Notes under the pieces: model-generated
Told to the model about the DNA's origin: nothing
The model's input: the letters and a program-made list of their open reading frames with translations, nothing else
Databases searched by the model: none
Shown here: piece by piece, positions 56,024 through 64,000 of the stretch
How the letters are laid out: every line of letters starts with the position of its first letter
Position numbering within the stretch: position 1 is the first letter of the stretch
Translations under genes and position numbers: made by a program
Origin: Bdellovibrionales bacterium
Lineage (GTDB): Bacteria > Bdellovibrionota > Bdellovibrionia > Bdellovibrionales > UBA1609
Reading direction: 5' to 3'
Assembly: GCA_965200875.1 (NCBI GenBank)
Contig: OZ241456.1
Location: forward strand, 928,001-992,000
DNA length: 64,000 bases

Positions 56024-59000
56024 ATGTCCAAATCTCCTGTAACAGCGTCCAACCTACGATTAAGGAAAAGTTTTGGTCGTGTGGCAAACGCAGTGGATGT
56101 GCCAAATCTGATAGAATTGCAAAAATATTCTTACGAAAAATTTTTACAAAAAGATGTGGATCCGGATCGTAGGGAAGATTGCGGTCTGCAAGCGGTCTTA
56201 AAATCCATTTTCCCTATTCAGGACTATAAAGGTGTTTTGCAGATGGAGTTTGTGAAGTATATCCTGAAGCATCCGGTTTATGATATTGACGAGTGCAGGC
56301 AAAGAAAAATCAGTTACGCAGCCCCTTTAAAGGTTTTATTGCGTTTGATTGTGTTTGATATTCCAGAAGGTTCCGGTGAAAAAACAATCCGGGATGTTAA
56401 AGAGCAAGAAGTATTTTTAGGGGAAGTTCCTCTTATGACAGACAGTGGTTCCTTTATTATTAATGGAACGGAAAGAGTCATTGTATCTCAGCTTCATCGT
56501 TCTCCGGGTGTGTTTTTCGATCACGATGGAGGCAAGTCCAATACAAGTGGGAAATTAATTTATTCCGCTCGCATAATTCCTTATCGAGGTTCTTGGTTGG
56601 ATTTTGAGTTTGATCATAAAGATCTGGTTTATGCCCGGATTGATCGTCGTCGTAAGTTTCCAGCCACTATTTTCTTAAAAGCCCTAAATTATACGGCAGA
56701 AGAAATTTTGGAATATTTTTATGATCTTTCTCTGGTGTCCTTGCGAGCCAATGGAAAGATTTTTCGGCCTATTGATATTGAAAAAATGGCCGGTCAAAGA
56801 GCACCGGTTGATATTAAAGACAATAAAGGAAATGTGTTTATTAAAGCTGGCAGAAGAATCACTCGTTTGGCTATAAAAAGAGTTTTATCTGAGGGTATTA
56901 AAAAAGTGGAGTTGACCTCTGAAGATTTGACAAGTGCAGTGATAGCCAAGCCTTTATTTAATGCCAAAACAGGTGAAATAATTGCTGATACCAATCAGGT
57001 TATGACGGAAGAAATTTTCACGAAGGCGAAAGCCAATGGCATTTCCCAGTTTTATTTAATCTTTTTTGATGGTTTTACAGTGGGACCTTATTTATGCAAT
57101 ACTCTTTTGCAGGATAAAGTGTTCAATCGGGAAGAGGCTTTGATTGATATTTACAAGAGAATGCGACCAGGTGAGCCTCCCACTTTGGAGGCGTCTGAAG
57201 TTTTTTTTGATCGTTTGTTTTTTCAACCTGAAACTTATGATCTAGGGGAAGTGGGCAGGCTGAAAATGAATCACCGGTTTAACACTTCTCTTTCGTCCGA
57301 TGATAAAACCCTGGGAATTTTAAAGAAAGAGGATATTTTGAATGTTATCTATACTCTGATCGACTTAAAAAATGGTAAAGGGCAGGTGGACGATATAGAT
57401 CATCTGGGCAATCGTCGTGTGCGATCCGTTGGAGAATTGGTGGAAAATCAATACCGCATTGGTTTGGTGCGGATGGAAAGAGTGATCCGGGAAAGAATGA
57501 GCATGAAAGACCTAGATACAATGATGCCTCATGATCTTATTAACGCAAAATCTGTTTCTGCGGTGGTAAAGGAATTTTTTGGTTCCAGTCAGCTTTCCCA
57601 GTTTATGGATCAAACTAACCCATTATCTGAGATCACGCACAAGCGTCGTTTATCTGCTTTGGGTCCCGGTGGTTTAACCCGCGATCGTGCTGGTTTCGAA
57701 GTGAGAGATGTGCACCCCACTCACTATGGGCGGATATGTCCCATTGAAACCCCGGAAGGTCCTAATATTGGCTTGATTGCCTCTTTGGCCACTTTCGCTC
57801 GAATCAATAAATATGGTTTTATTGAAACACCTTATTGTGAAGTGAGTAAAAACAAAGTCACTGATAAAATAAATTATGTTTCCGCTTTGGAGGAGCAAAA
57901 GCATTGTATTGCGCAGGCAGATCCTCAGTTTAATTCTCTCTCCAAGGAGCAAAATGTGACTGTTCGTATGGACGGGGAGTATAAGGTTGTAAGAAAAGAG
58001 GATGTATCTTTGATGGATGTGTCCCCCAGCCAGCTGGTATCTATTGCGTCTTCTCTTATTCCTTTTTTGGAGCATGATGACGCTAACCGTGCCCTCATGG
58101 GTTCCAATATGCAGAGGCAGGCAGTTCCTCTTATGAAAACCAGTGCTCCTTTGGTGGGGACAGGAGTGGAAAAGTTGGTGGCCAGAGACTCTGTAACCAG
58201 TGTGGTTTGTAAAGCGGATGGTGTTGTAGAGGAAGTAGATGCAAGTCGGATTGTTGTGCGTCTTTTTCATAGGAGCGGGAAACTGGGTGCCAGTGTGGAT
58301 ATTTACAATTTGATTAAGTATCAAAAAACAAATCAAAATACCTGTTTCAATCAAAAGCCTATTGTTAAGCATGGTGATTATGTTCGAAAAGGGGATGTTA
58401 TTGCAGATGGTCCTTCGACAGATAAAGGAGAGCTGGCTTTGGGTCAAAATATTCTGGTGGCTTTTACTCCTTGGGCTGGATATAATTTTGAGGATTCCAT
58501 ACTCATCTCTGAGCGTCTTATCAAAAAGGATGTGTATACTTCCATTCATATAGAAGAATTTGAATGTGTGGCCAGGGACACCAAATTGGGTCGTGAGGAG
58601 ATCACAGCTGATATTGCTAATGTAGGGGAAGAGGCTTTAAAGGATTTGAATGTATCGGGTATTATTCGTATTGGTGCGGAAGTCAATCCAGGGGATATTT
58701 TGGTTGGAAAAATCACTCCAAAAGGGGAAGCTCAGGTTTCCCCTGAGAAGAAACTTTTGTTGGCTATTTTTGGGGAAAAAGCTGGGGAGGTGCGTGACAC
58801 TTCTCTTCGCGCTCCATCCGGTGTGAATGGAACTGTTATCAATACACAGGTGTATAGTCGTGATCCTATGGATAACAATGAAAGGCTCAGTGAAATTCTT
58901 CGGGAAAAACGTGAAAAATTAAAAAAGGATTTTGAAATTGAAAAGAATGTGATTCAAAACAACACTATTGATGAGATCAGGGATATATTGATTGGCCAAA

Positions 59001-60262
59001 AAACAGTGGATGTGCTTTTGAGTGATGATGGTTCGGAAGAATTATTATCCAAGGATCATACGATTGAAAGTCACGATGTGGATAAAATCCCTTTTGATCT
59101 ACTAGCTTATGTGCCTTTGATGGATGACTCTTTGGTGGAGAGTATTTCCAAGAGGGTGGAGTCAGCTAAGAACAGGTTATCAGCTGTGGAAATGGTTTTT
59201 CAGGACAGAGTGGAGCGTCTTTCAAAGGGGGATGAAATGCCTCCCGGTGTGATTAAAATGGTAAAGGTGTATGTGGCCGTTAAAAGAAAGCTGAAAGTGG
59301 GGGATAAATTTGCCGGACGCCACGGAAATAAAGGGGTGATATCTCATGTTTTACCGGAAGAGAGCATGCCCTATTTAATGGATGGTTCCCCTGTTGATAT
59401 GGTTCTCAACCCTTTAGGAGTGCCGTCTCGTATGAACATTGGTCAGATTTTGGAGACCCATTTAGGGTGGGCGGCTTATGCTTTAGGACATCAGCTGAAG
59501 GAGCATATTGATAATTCCCAACTGGAAAATGTTCGATCTATTTTGTTAAGTTTTTATAAAAACGACAAGTTACTCGTTGAGAAGGTGAAAAAAGCGGATG
59601 ATGACTCTTTAAAGAAAATAGTTAGTGATATGCAGGATGGGGTGTTTATTGCCACTCCAGTTTTTGATGGAGCTACAGAAGTGGATGTGAAAAATCTTTT
59701 AGATGAAACAGAGCTTCCTAAGTCTGGTCAGACTGTATTATTTGATGGCAGGACGGGAGAGCCTTTTCATCGGCCTGTCACAGTGGGAGTGATGTATATG
59801 TTGAAGTTGCATCATCTTGTGGAGGAAAAAATACATGCGCGTTCGATTGGACCTTATTCTCTAGTGTCTCAACAACCTCTTGGAGGGAAAGCGCAGTTTG
59901 GTGGCCAACGTTTAGGAGAAATGGAAGTATGGGCTATTGAAGCTTATGGAGCTGCTTATTGTCTTCAGGAGTTTTTGACTGTAAAATCAGACGATGTGGC
60001 TGGACGAACCAGAATGTATGAAAGTATCGTTAAAGGCGAAAATATTTTAGAACCCGGTATTCCTGAATCTTTTAATGTTTTAATTAAAGAGCTTCAAGGT
60101 CTTGGTTTGGATGTGGAAATGATTGAATCAGAGCTTTTGACGGAGGTTCCTAAATTAGCCAAAGCCGACAGTAATTCAGCGGATTTTTCACCAGCCCCTG
60201 CGAAAAAAGAAAAGGCTCAGCAGGTATCAGTTATGCGGGAATCTATCAAACCAAAGGAGTAA
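56024..60262 (+). CDS. rpoB: RNA polymerase beta subunit
   Basis: [51 protein letters not shown] and [12 protein letters not shown]. Confidence 0.99.
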   Translation: MSKSPVTASNLRLRKSFGRVANAVDVPNLIELQKYSYEKFLQKDVDPDRREDCGLQAVLKSIFPIQDYKGVLQMEFVKYILKHPVYDIDECRQRKISYAAPLKVLLRLIVFDIPEGSGEKTIRDVKEQEVFLGEVPLMTDSGSFIINGTERVIVSQLHRSPGVFFDHDGGKSNTSGKLIYSARIIPYRGSWLDFEFDHKDLVYARIDRRRKFPATIFLKALNYTAEEILEYFYDLSLVSLRANGKIFRPIDIEKMAGQRAPVDIKDNKGNVFIKAGRRITRLAIKRVLSEGIKKVELTSEDLTSAVIAKPLFNAKTGEIIADTNQVMTEEIFTKAKANGISQFYLIFFDGFTVGPYLCNTLLQDKVFNREEALIDIYKRMRPGEPPTLEASEVFFDRLFFQPETYDLGEVGRLKMNHRFNTSLSSDDKTLGILKKEDILNVIYTLIDLKNGKGQVDDIDHLGNRRVRSVGELVENQYRIGLVRMERVIRERMSMKDLDTMMPHDLINAKSVSAVVKEFFGSSQLSQFMDQTNPLSEITHKRRLSALGPGGLTRDRAGFEVRDVHPTHYGRICPIETPEGPNIGLIASLATFARINKYGFIETPYCEVSKNKVTDKINYVSALEEQKHCIAQADPQFNSLSKEQNVTVRMDGEYKVVRKEDVSLMDVSPSQLVSIASSLIPFLEHDDANRALMGSNMQRQAVPLMKTSAPLVGTGVEKLVARDSVTSVVCKADGVVEEVDASRIVVRLFHRSGKLGASVDIYNLIKYQKTNQNTCFNQKPIVKHGDYVRKGDVIADGPSTDKGELALGQNILVAFTPWAGYNFEDSILISERLIKKDVYTSIHIEEFECVARDTKLGREEITADIANVGEEALKDLNVSGIIRIGAEVNPGDILVGKITPKGEAQVSPEKKLLLAIFGEKAGEVRDTSLRAPSGVNGTVINTQVYSRDPMDNNERLSEILREKREKLKKDFEIEKNVIQNNTIDEIRDILIGQKTVDVLLSDDGSEELLSKDHTIESHDVDKIPFDLLAYVPLMDDSLVESISKRVESAKNRLSAVEMVFQDRVERLSKGDEMPPGVIKMVKVYVAVKRKLKVGDKFAGRHGNKGVISHVLPEESMPYLMDGSPVDMVLNPLGVPSRMNIGQILETHLGWAAYALGHQLKEHIDNSQLENVRSILLSFYKNDKLLVEKVKKADDDSLKKIVSDMQDGVFIATPVFDGATEVDVKNLLDETELPKSGQTVLFDGRTGEPFHRPVTVGVMYMLKLHHLVEEKIHARSIGPYSLVSQQPLGGKAQFGGQRLGEMEVWAIEAYGAAYCLQEFLTVKSDDVAGRTRMYESIVKGENILEPGIPESFNVLIKELQGLGLDVEMIESELLTEVPKLAKADSNSADFSPAPAKKEKAQQVSVMRESIKPKE

Positions 60263-60265
60263 AAA

Positions 60266-63200
60266 GTGAGAGATTTATTAAACTTTTTTGACAAGCCAAA
60301 AGATCCTTTGGCTTTTAATGGTGTCAGGGTATCTTTGGCTTCTCCAGATAAAATTCGTACATGGAGTTATGGAGAGGTAAGAAAACCGGAAACTATCAAC
60401 TACCGGACTTTTAAACCGGAGCGGGAAGGGCTTTTTTGTGCCAAGATTTTTGGGCCGGTAAGAGATCATGAATGTTTGTGTGGAAAATACAAGGGGATGA
60501 AGTATCGTGCCGTGATTTGTGAAAAATGCGGTGTGGAAGTCACGAAATCCAAAGTGAGAAGAGAACGCATTGGGCATATTCAGCTGGCTACTCCTGTGGC
60601 TCATGTGTGGATGTTGCGATCCCTTCCCAGCCGGATAGGTGTTTTGCTGGATATGAACTTTAAAGAAGTGGAGAGGGTGCTTTATTGTGAGTCTTATGTT
60701 GTGTTGGATGCTAAAGACACGGAATTGCAAAAAGGTCAGCTTCTCTCTGAATCAGAGTATCAGGCCGCACAGCTGAAATATGGTCCTCATTTTTCTGCTG
60801 GTACTGGAGGAGAGGCTATTAGGGACTTACTGCAAGAGCTGGATCTGGAATTTCTTTCCCGGAAAATCCGCAGAGAATTGCATGACACAAAATTGGTTAC
60901 TCTCACTAAAAAGCTTACCAAGCGATTGAAAGTGGTGGAGACTTTTCTTCACTCCACCAACCGGCCGGAGTGGATGATGCTGGAAGCTTTACCTGTTATT
61001 CCTCCTGATCTTCGTCCTTTGGTGCCTTTGGATGGAGGACGCTTTGCCGCTTCAGATTTAAATGATTTGTATCGTCGGGTTATTAACCGGAATAATCGTT
61101 TAAAGAAACTAAAGGAGCTAAACGCGCCAGAAGTGATTATCCGAAATGAAAAAAGAATGCTCCAAGAAGCAGTGGATTCTTTACTGGATAATGGGCGGGG
61201 TGGCAAAACATTCACCAGTGCGAATAAAAGACCTCTTCGTTCCTTAAGCGATATGTTGAAAGGAAAGCAAGGTCGTTTTCGTCAAAACCTTCTTGGGAAG
61301 CGTGTGGATTATTCAGGAAGATCTGTTATTGTGGTAGGGCCTAAGCTTCGTTTGCACCAGTGTGGTGTGCCTAAAAAAATGGCTTTGGAGTTGTTTAAAC
61401 CTTTTGTTTATAACAAATTGCAGGAAAGAGGTTTAGCCGTTACCATTAAGCAAGCCAAGAAACTGGTGGATCAGGAAAGTGTAGAAGTATGGGATATTTT
61501 ATCTGAAGTGGTGAGAGAACATCCTGTATTGCTTAATCGTGCTCCCACCTTGCATCGTCTTGGTATTCAGGCTTTTGAACCTATTTTGCATGAAGGAAAA
61601 GCGATTCTGCTTCATCCTCTGGTTTGCACAGCTTTTAATGCTGACTTTGATGGAGACCAAATGGCAGTTCATGTTCCCTTATCAGTGGAGGCTCAGGTGG
61701 AAGCTCGTGTTCTGGTTATGTCCACCAATAATATTTTAAGTCCAGCCAATGGCAAGCCCATTATTAACCCTACTCAGGATATTGTTTTGGGGATTTACTG
61801 GATGACCCGTATTCGTCCTGGCGCGAAAGGATCGGGAAAACTTTTCAGCTGTGTGCAGGATGTGATTTATGCTTATGAAAATGGTTATGTGGATCTGCAA
61901 GCTGAGATTAAATGTTACATAAAAGGCAAACTGGTGGATATTTCCGTTGGGCGTGCTCTTCTCAGTGATGTTATTCCATACGAAGTGCCTTTGGAATATT
62001 ATAACAAAGTAATGAATAAAAAAGCCTTGGCGGATTTAATTGATAAAACTTTCCGTTTGTGTGGCGGAAAGAAAACTGTTTTGTTGGCGGACGCCTTAAA
62101 AAATTATGGATTTAAGTACTCAACTCTAGCTGGTATTTCAATATGTTTGGATGACTTGGTGATTCCAAAATCCAAGGAGAGTTTACTGAAAAAAGCTCGT
62201 CAGCAAGTGGAGGAGATTCGCACTCAGTATGATGAGGGATTGATTACTGACAGTGAAAGATACAATAAGGTGGTGGATATATGGACTCACTGTGGAGATC
62301 GAGTGGCCAAAGAAATGATGAGCAATCTGGAAAAAGACACTTTTACTTTAAAGGACGGAAAGAAAGTGGACTCGGACAGTTTTAATTCCATTTTTATCAT
62401 GGCTGATTCCGGGGCAAGAGGTTCAGCAGCTCAAATTCGTCAGCTGGCTGGTATGCGGGGCTTGATGGCAAAACCCTCTCAGGAAATTATCGAAACTCCC
62501 ATTACTGCCAACTTTCGCGAAGGTTTGACAGTTTTACAATATTTTATTTCCACACATGGAGCGAGAAAAGGTTTGGCAGATACAGCTCTTAAAACAGCTA
62601 ACTCTGGTTATCTGACTCGTAAGTTGGTGGATGTGGCTCAAGATCTGGTGATCACAGAGCGAGATTGTGGCTCTTCTGAATATATGGAAGTAAAAGCTCC
62701 CATAGAAGGAGGGGGTATGGAGCAGTCTTTAAGTGATCGTGTATTGGGTCGAACAGCGTTTGAAGATATCAGACACCCTAGCAGTGATGAACTGCTGGTG
62801 CAAGCCGGTGAAGAGATAAGCGAGCGTGTATTATCCGGTTTGGAATCTGCTGGTATTGAGTCTGTGAAAATTCGATCAGCCCTTACCTGTCAGGCGCATA
62901 GAGGACTTTGCGTTAAATGTTATGGTCGTGATTTAGCTCGTGGTCAGACAGTGAATCTGGGTGAACCAGTGGGTGTGATAGCCGCTCAATCTATCGGTGA
63001 ACCTGGCACTCAGCTTACCATGAAGACTTTTCACACGGGAGGAACAGCTTCCCGGTCAGTGGAGCAATCCGTACACACCGCCCGCCACGATGGAATCATT
63101 AAGTTTGATAATATTGTGGCTATTGAAAATAAAATTCGCAAGCTAACAGTAATGAACCGAGGTGGTGACTTGCTGGTTGTGGATGAGAAGGGGCGTGAAA

Positions 63201-64000
63201 AAGAGAGGTTATCGGTACCTTATGGTTCTGTTTTAAGTGTGAAAGAAGGGGATTCAATAAAAAAAGGAGGCTTGCTTGCGGAGTGGGATCCTTATTCCAA
63301 TATTATTGTGGCAGACTGTGCTGGTCGGGTAAAATTCATTGATATTGAAGAAGGTGTATCCATGAGTGAACAAGTGGATCCCGTTACGGGTTTTGCGACT
63401 AAAGTGATTATAAAAAGTAAGTCTTCGGATCAAAAACCGATTGTGACTATTGTGGATAAAGAAGGCAACAGTATTATGCTTCCCAGGAAAAACGCGCCTG
63501 TTTCCTATACTATACCAGTGGGGGCGCATTTATTAGTCTCTGATGGGGCAGAGATTGTGGCAGGGGACATGATTGCGAAGATGCACAAAAAATCCACTAA
63601 AACAAAAGACATTACAGGAGGGCTTCCTCGTGTGGCTGAATTATTTGAAGCAAGAAAACCTAAAGAAGCTGCTATTATTTGCGAAATAGATGGAGAAGTG
63701 AGTTTTGGGAAAGACTTAAAGGGAAAGCAAAGAGTGATTGTCACTTCTAGGGATAATGAGCAAAGAGAATATTTAATTCCGAAAGGAAAACATATTGCTG
63801 TTCGTGAAGGGGAATACATTAGAGCGGGTGAAACCATTATGGATGGTCCAAGTGATCCGCATGATATTTTGCATATTTCCGGCAGTCAGGCTCTTTCCTG
63901 TTATCTGGTGGATGAGATACAAGCTGTTTATCGTCTGCAAGGGGTGGTTATTAATGACAAGCATATAGAAGTGATTGTCAGTCAGATGCTGAAAAAAGTG
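60266..64000 (+). CDS. rpoC: RNA polymerase beta' subunit (partial, runs off the window)
   Basis: GTG start after [72 protein letters not shown] and [16 protein letters not shown] read from the DNA. Confidence 0.98.
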   Translation, partial: MRDLLNFFDKPKDPLAFNGVRVSLASPDKIRTWSYGEVRKPETINYRTFKPEREGLFCAKIFGPVRDHECLCGKYKGMKYRAVICEKCGVEVTKSKVRRERIGHIQLATPVAHVWMLRSLPSRIGVLLDMNFKEVERVLYCESYVVLDAKDTELQKGQLLSESEYQAAQLKYGPHFSAGTGGEAIRDLLQELDLEFLSRKIRRELHDTKLVTLTKKLTKRLKVVETFLHSTNRPEWMMLEALPVIPPDLRPLVPLDGGRFAASDLNDLYRRVINRNNRLKKLKELNAPEVIIRNEKRMLQEAVDSLLDNGRGGKTFTSANKRPLRSLSDMLKGKQGRFRQNLLGKRVDYSGRSVIVVGPKLRLHQCGVPKKMALELFKPFVYNKLQERGLAVTIKQAKKLVDQESVEVWDILSEVVREHPVLLNRAPTLHRLGIQAFEPILHEGKAILLHPLVCTAFNADFDGDQMAVHVPLSVEAQVEARVLVMSTNNILSPANGKPIINPTQDIVLGIYWMTRIRPGAKGSGKLFSCVQDVIYAYENGYVDLQAEIKCYIKGKLVDISVGRALLSDVIPYEVPLEYYNKVMNKKALADLIDKTFRLCGGKKTVLLADALKNYGFKYSTLAGISICLDDLVIPKSKESLLKKARQQVEEIRTQYDEGLITDSERYNKVVDIWTHCGDRVAKEMMSNLEKDTFTLKDGKKVDSDSFNSIFIMADSGARGSAAQIRQLAGMRGLMAKPSQEIIETPITANFREGLTVLQYFISTHGARKGLADTALKTANSGYLTRKLVDVAQDLVITERDCGSSEYMEVKAPIEGGGMEQSLSDRVLGRTAFEDIRHPSSDELLVQAGEEISERVLSGLESAGIESVKIRSALTCQAHRGLCVKCYGRDLARGQTVNLGEPVGVIAAQSIGEPGTQLTMKTFHTGGTASRSVEQSVHTARHDGIIKFDNIVAIENKIRKLTVMNRGGDLLVVDEKGREKERLSVPYGSVLSVKEGDSIKKGGLLAEWDPYSNIIVADCAGRVKFIDIEEGVSMSEQVDPVTGFATKVIIKSKSSDQKPIVTIVDKEGNSIMLPRKNAPVSYTIPVGAHLLVSDGAEIVAGDMIAKMHKKSTKTKDITGGLPRVAELFEARKPKEAAIICEIDGEVSFGKDLKGKQRVIVTSRDNEQREYLIPKGKHIAVREGEYIRAGETIMDGPSDPHDILHISGSQALSCYLVDEIQAVYRLQGVVINDKHIEVIVSQMLKKV

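Noticed and set aside
57674..63964. Antisense and off-frame ORFs inside rpoB/rpoC, including the 291-aa ORF 57674-58549
   Set aside because: Codon-bias shadows of highly conserved genes.

Overview
AT-rich bacterial chromosomal window. Gene content suggests a Bdellovibrionota-like organism (inference from the Agl-Glt-like cluster, PilQ and many orphan lipoproteins). Left: Rpn-family relic, STAS protein, rnhB, an NlpC/P60-like lipoprotein, mutS, rmuC and an ATPase plus PIN-like gene pair. Next come a minus-strand TolQ/TolR/TPR/GltF/GltG-like cluster, a Cys/Lys-repeat secreted protein, a solitary pilQ and several orphan genes. Centre (32.1-40.1 kb), the best candidate for an undescribed system: SspD/DndC-like PAPS reductase, Dam-type adenine methyltransferase, SspE/GmrSD-like DUF262-HNH protein, a second DUF262 protein, a small ORF and a cysteine desulfurase. 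No sspB/sspC or dndBDE genes are visible. A collapsed relic of a tandem duplication shows the two DUF262 genes sitting in homologous flanks. Right: a toxin-like accessory patch (ART-like, mini GIY-YIG, RhuM-Fic, Bor pair), dusB, then the core tRNA-Gly/tRNA-Thr-tuf-tRNA-Trp-secE-nusG-rplKAJL-rpoB-rpoC cluster (rpoC truncated by the window edge). A family of ~90-150 bp MITE-like elements with a dRS3-type ATTCCC-N8-GGGAAT palindrome is dispersed through the window, and remnants appear in frame inside the cysteine desulfurase gene and probably mutS. All family calls come from motifs read by eye; no searches were run.
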